This document shows positions 63,889 to 64,000 of a DNA stretch of 64,000 bases, piece by piece (positions within the stretch are counted from its first letter, which is position 1; each line of letters opens with the position of its first letter). The stretch comes from Octopus vulgaris. Lineage: Eukaryota. The notes under the pieces were generated by a model, which was not told the DNA's origin, made no database searches, and saw nothing but the letters and a program-made list of their open reading frames with translations. The stretch spans positions 61,256,001 through 61,320,000 of the forward strand of contig OX597823.1 in assembly GCA_951406725.2 (NCBI GenBank), in the 5' to 3' direction. A program made the translations under genes and the position numbers.

Positions 63889-64000
63889 GTACATACACAG
63901 ATGCACTAGTGGTCACTTAAGTACTTGTCAATACATCATAATGGCAGAAATACAAATCTTAAGCTACAGAATCAGTAAAATCAGTTATAAAATGCTTTTT

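Overview
AT-rich, microsatellite-dense eukaryotic DNA made up almost entirely of transposon relics. The SINE, RTE and microsatellite make-up resembles an octopus (coleoid cephalopod) genome; this is recognition from memory, not a database result. No intact host protein-coding gene is recognisable, only a few weak exon candidates. Retroelements: a 5'-truncated RTE LINE with a still-open RT ORF carrying an inserted PHD-type finger (14819-16211, minus) and many copies of its 3' tail; a BovB-like RTE with a 5' inversion; R4/Dong-type restriction-like-endonuclease LINEs in (TAA)n and (TATG)n tracts; CR1 and Penelope-like (PLE) fragments; and several tRNA-derived SINE families. DNA elements: degenerate mariner/maT transposons, TTAA-flanked MITEs, foldback elements and a head-to-head Helitron-like pair. 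The most notable signal is at least six sequence-unrelated minimal type I hammerhead ribozyme motifs in short, microsatellite-flanked non-coding elements. Four of them carry unusually long (45-88 nt) stem II inserts, and one sits in an inverted repeat that places a hammerhead-like motif on both strands. Most ORFs in the supplied track are microsatellite artefacts. Repeat boundaries were read by eye and are approximate.
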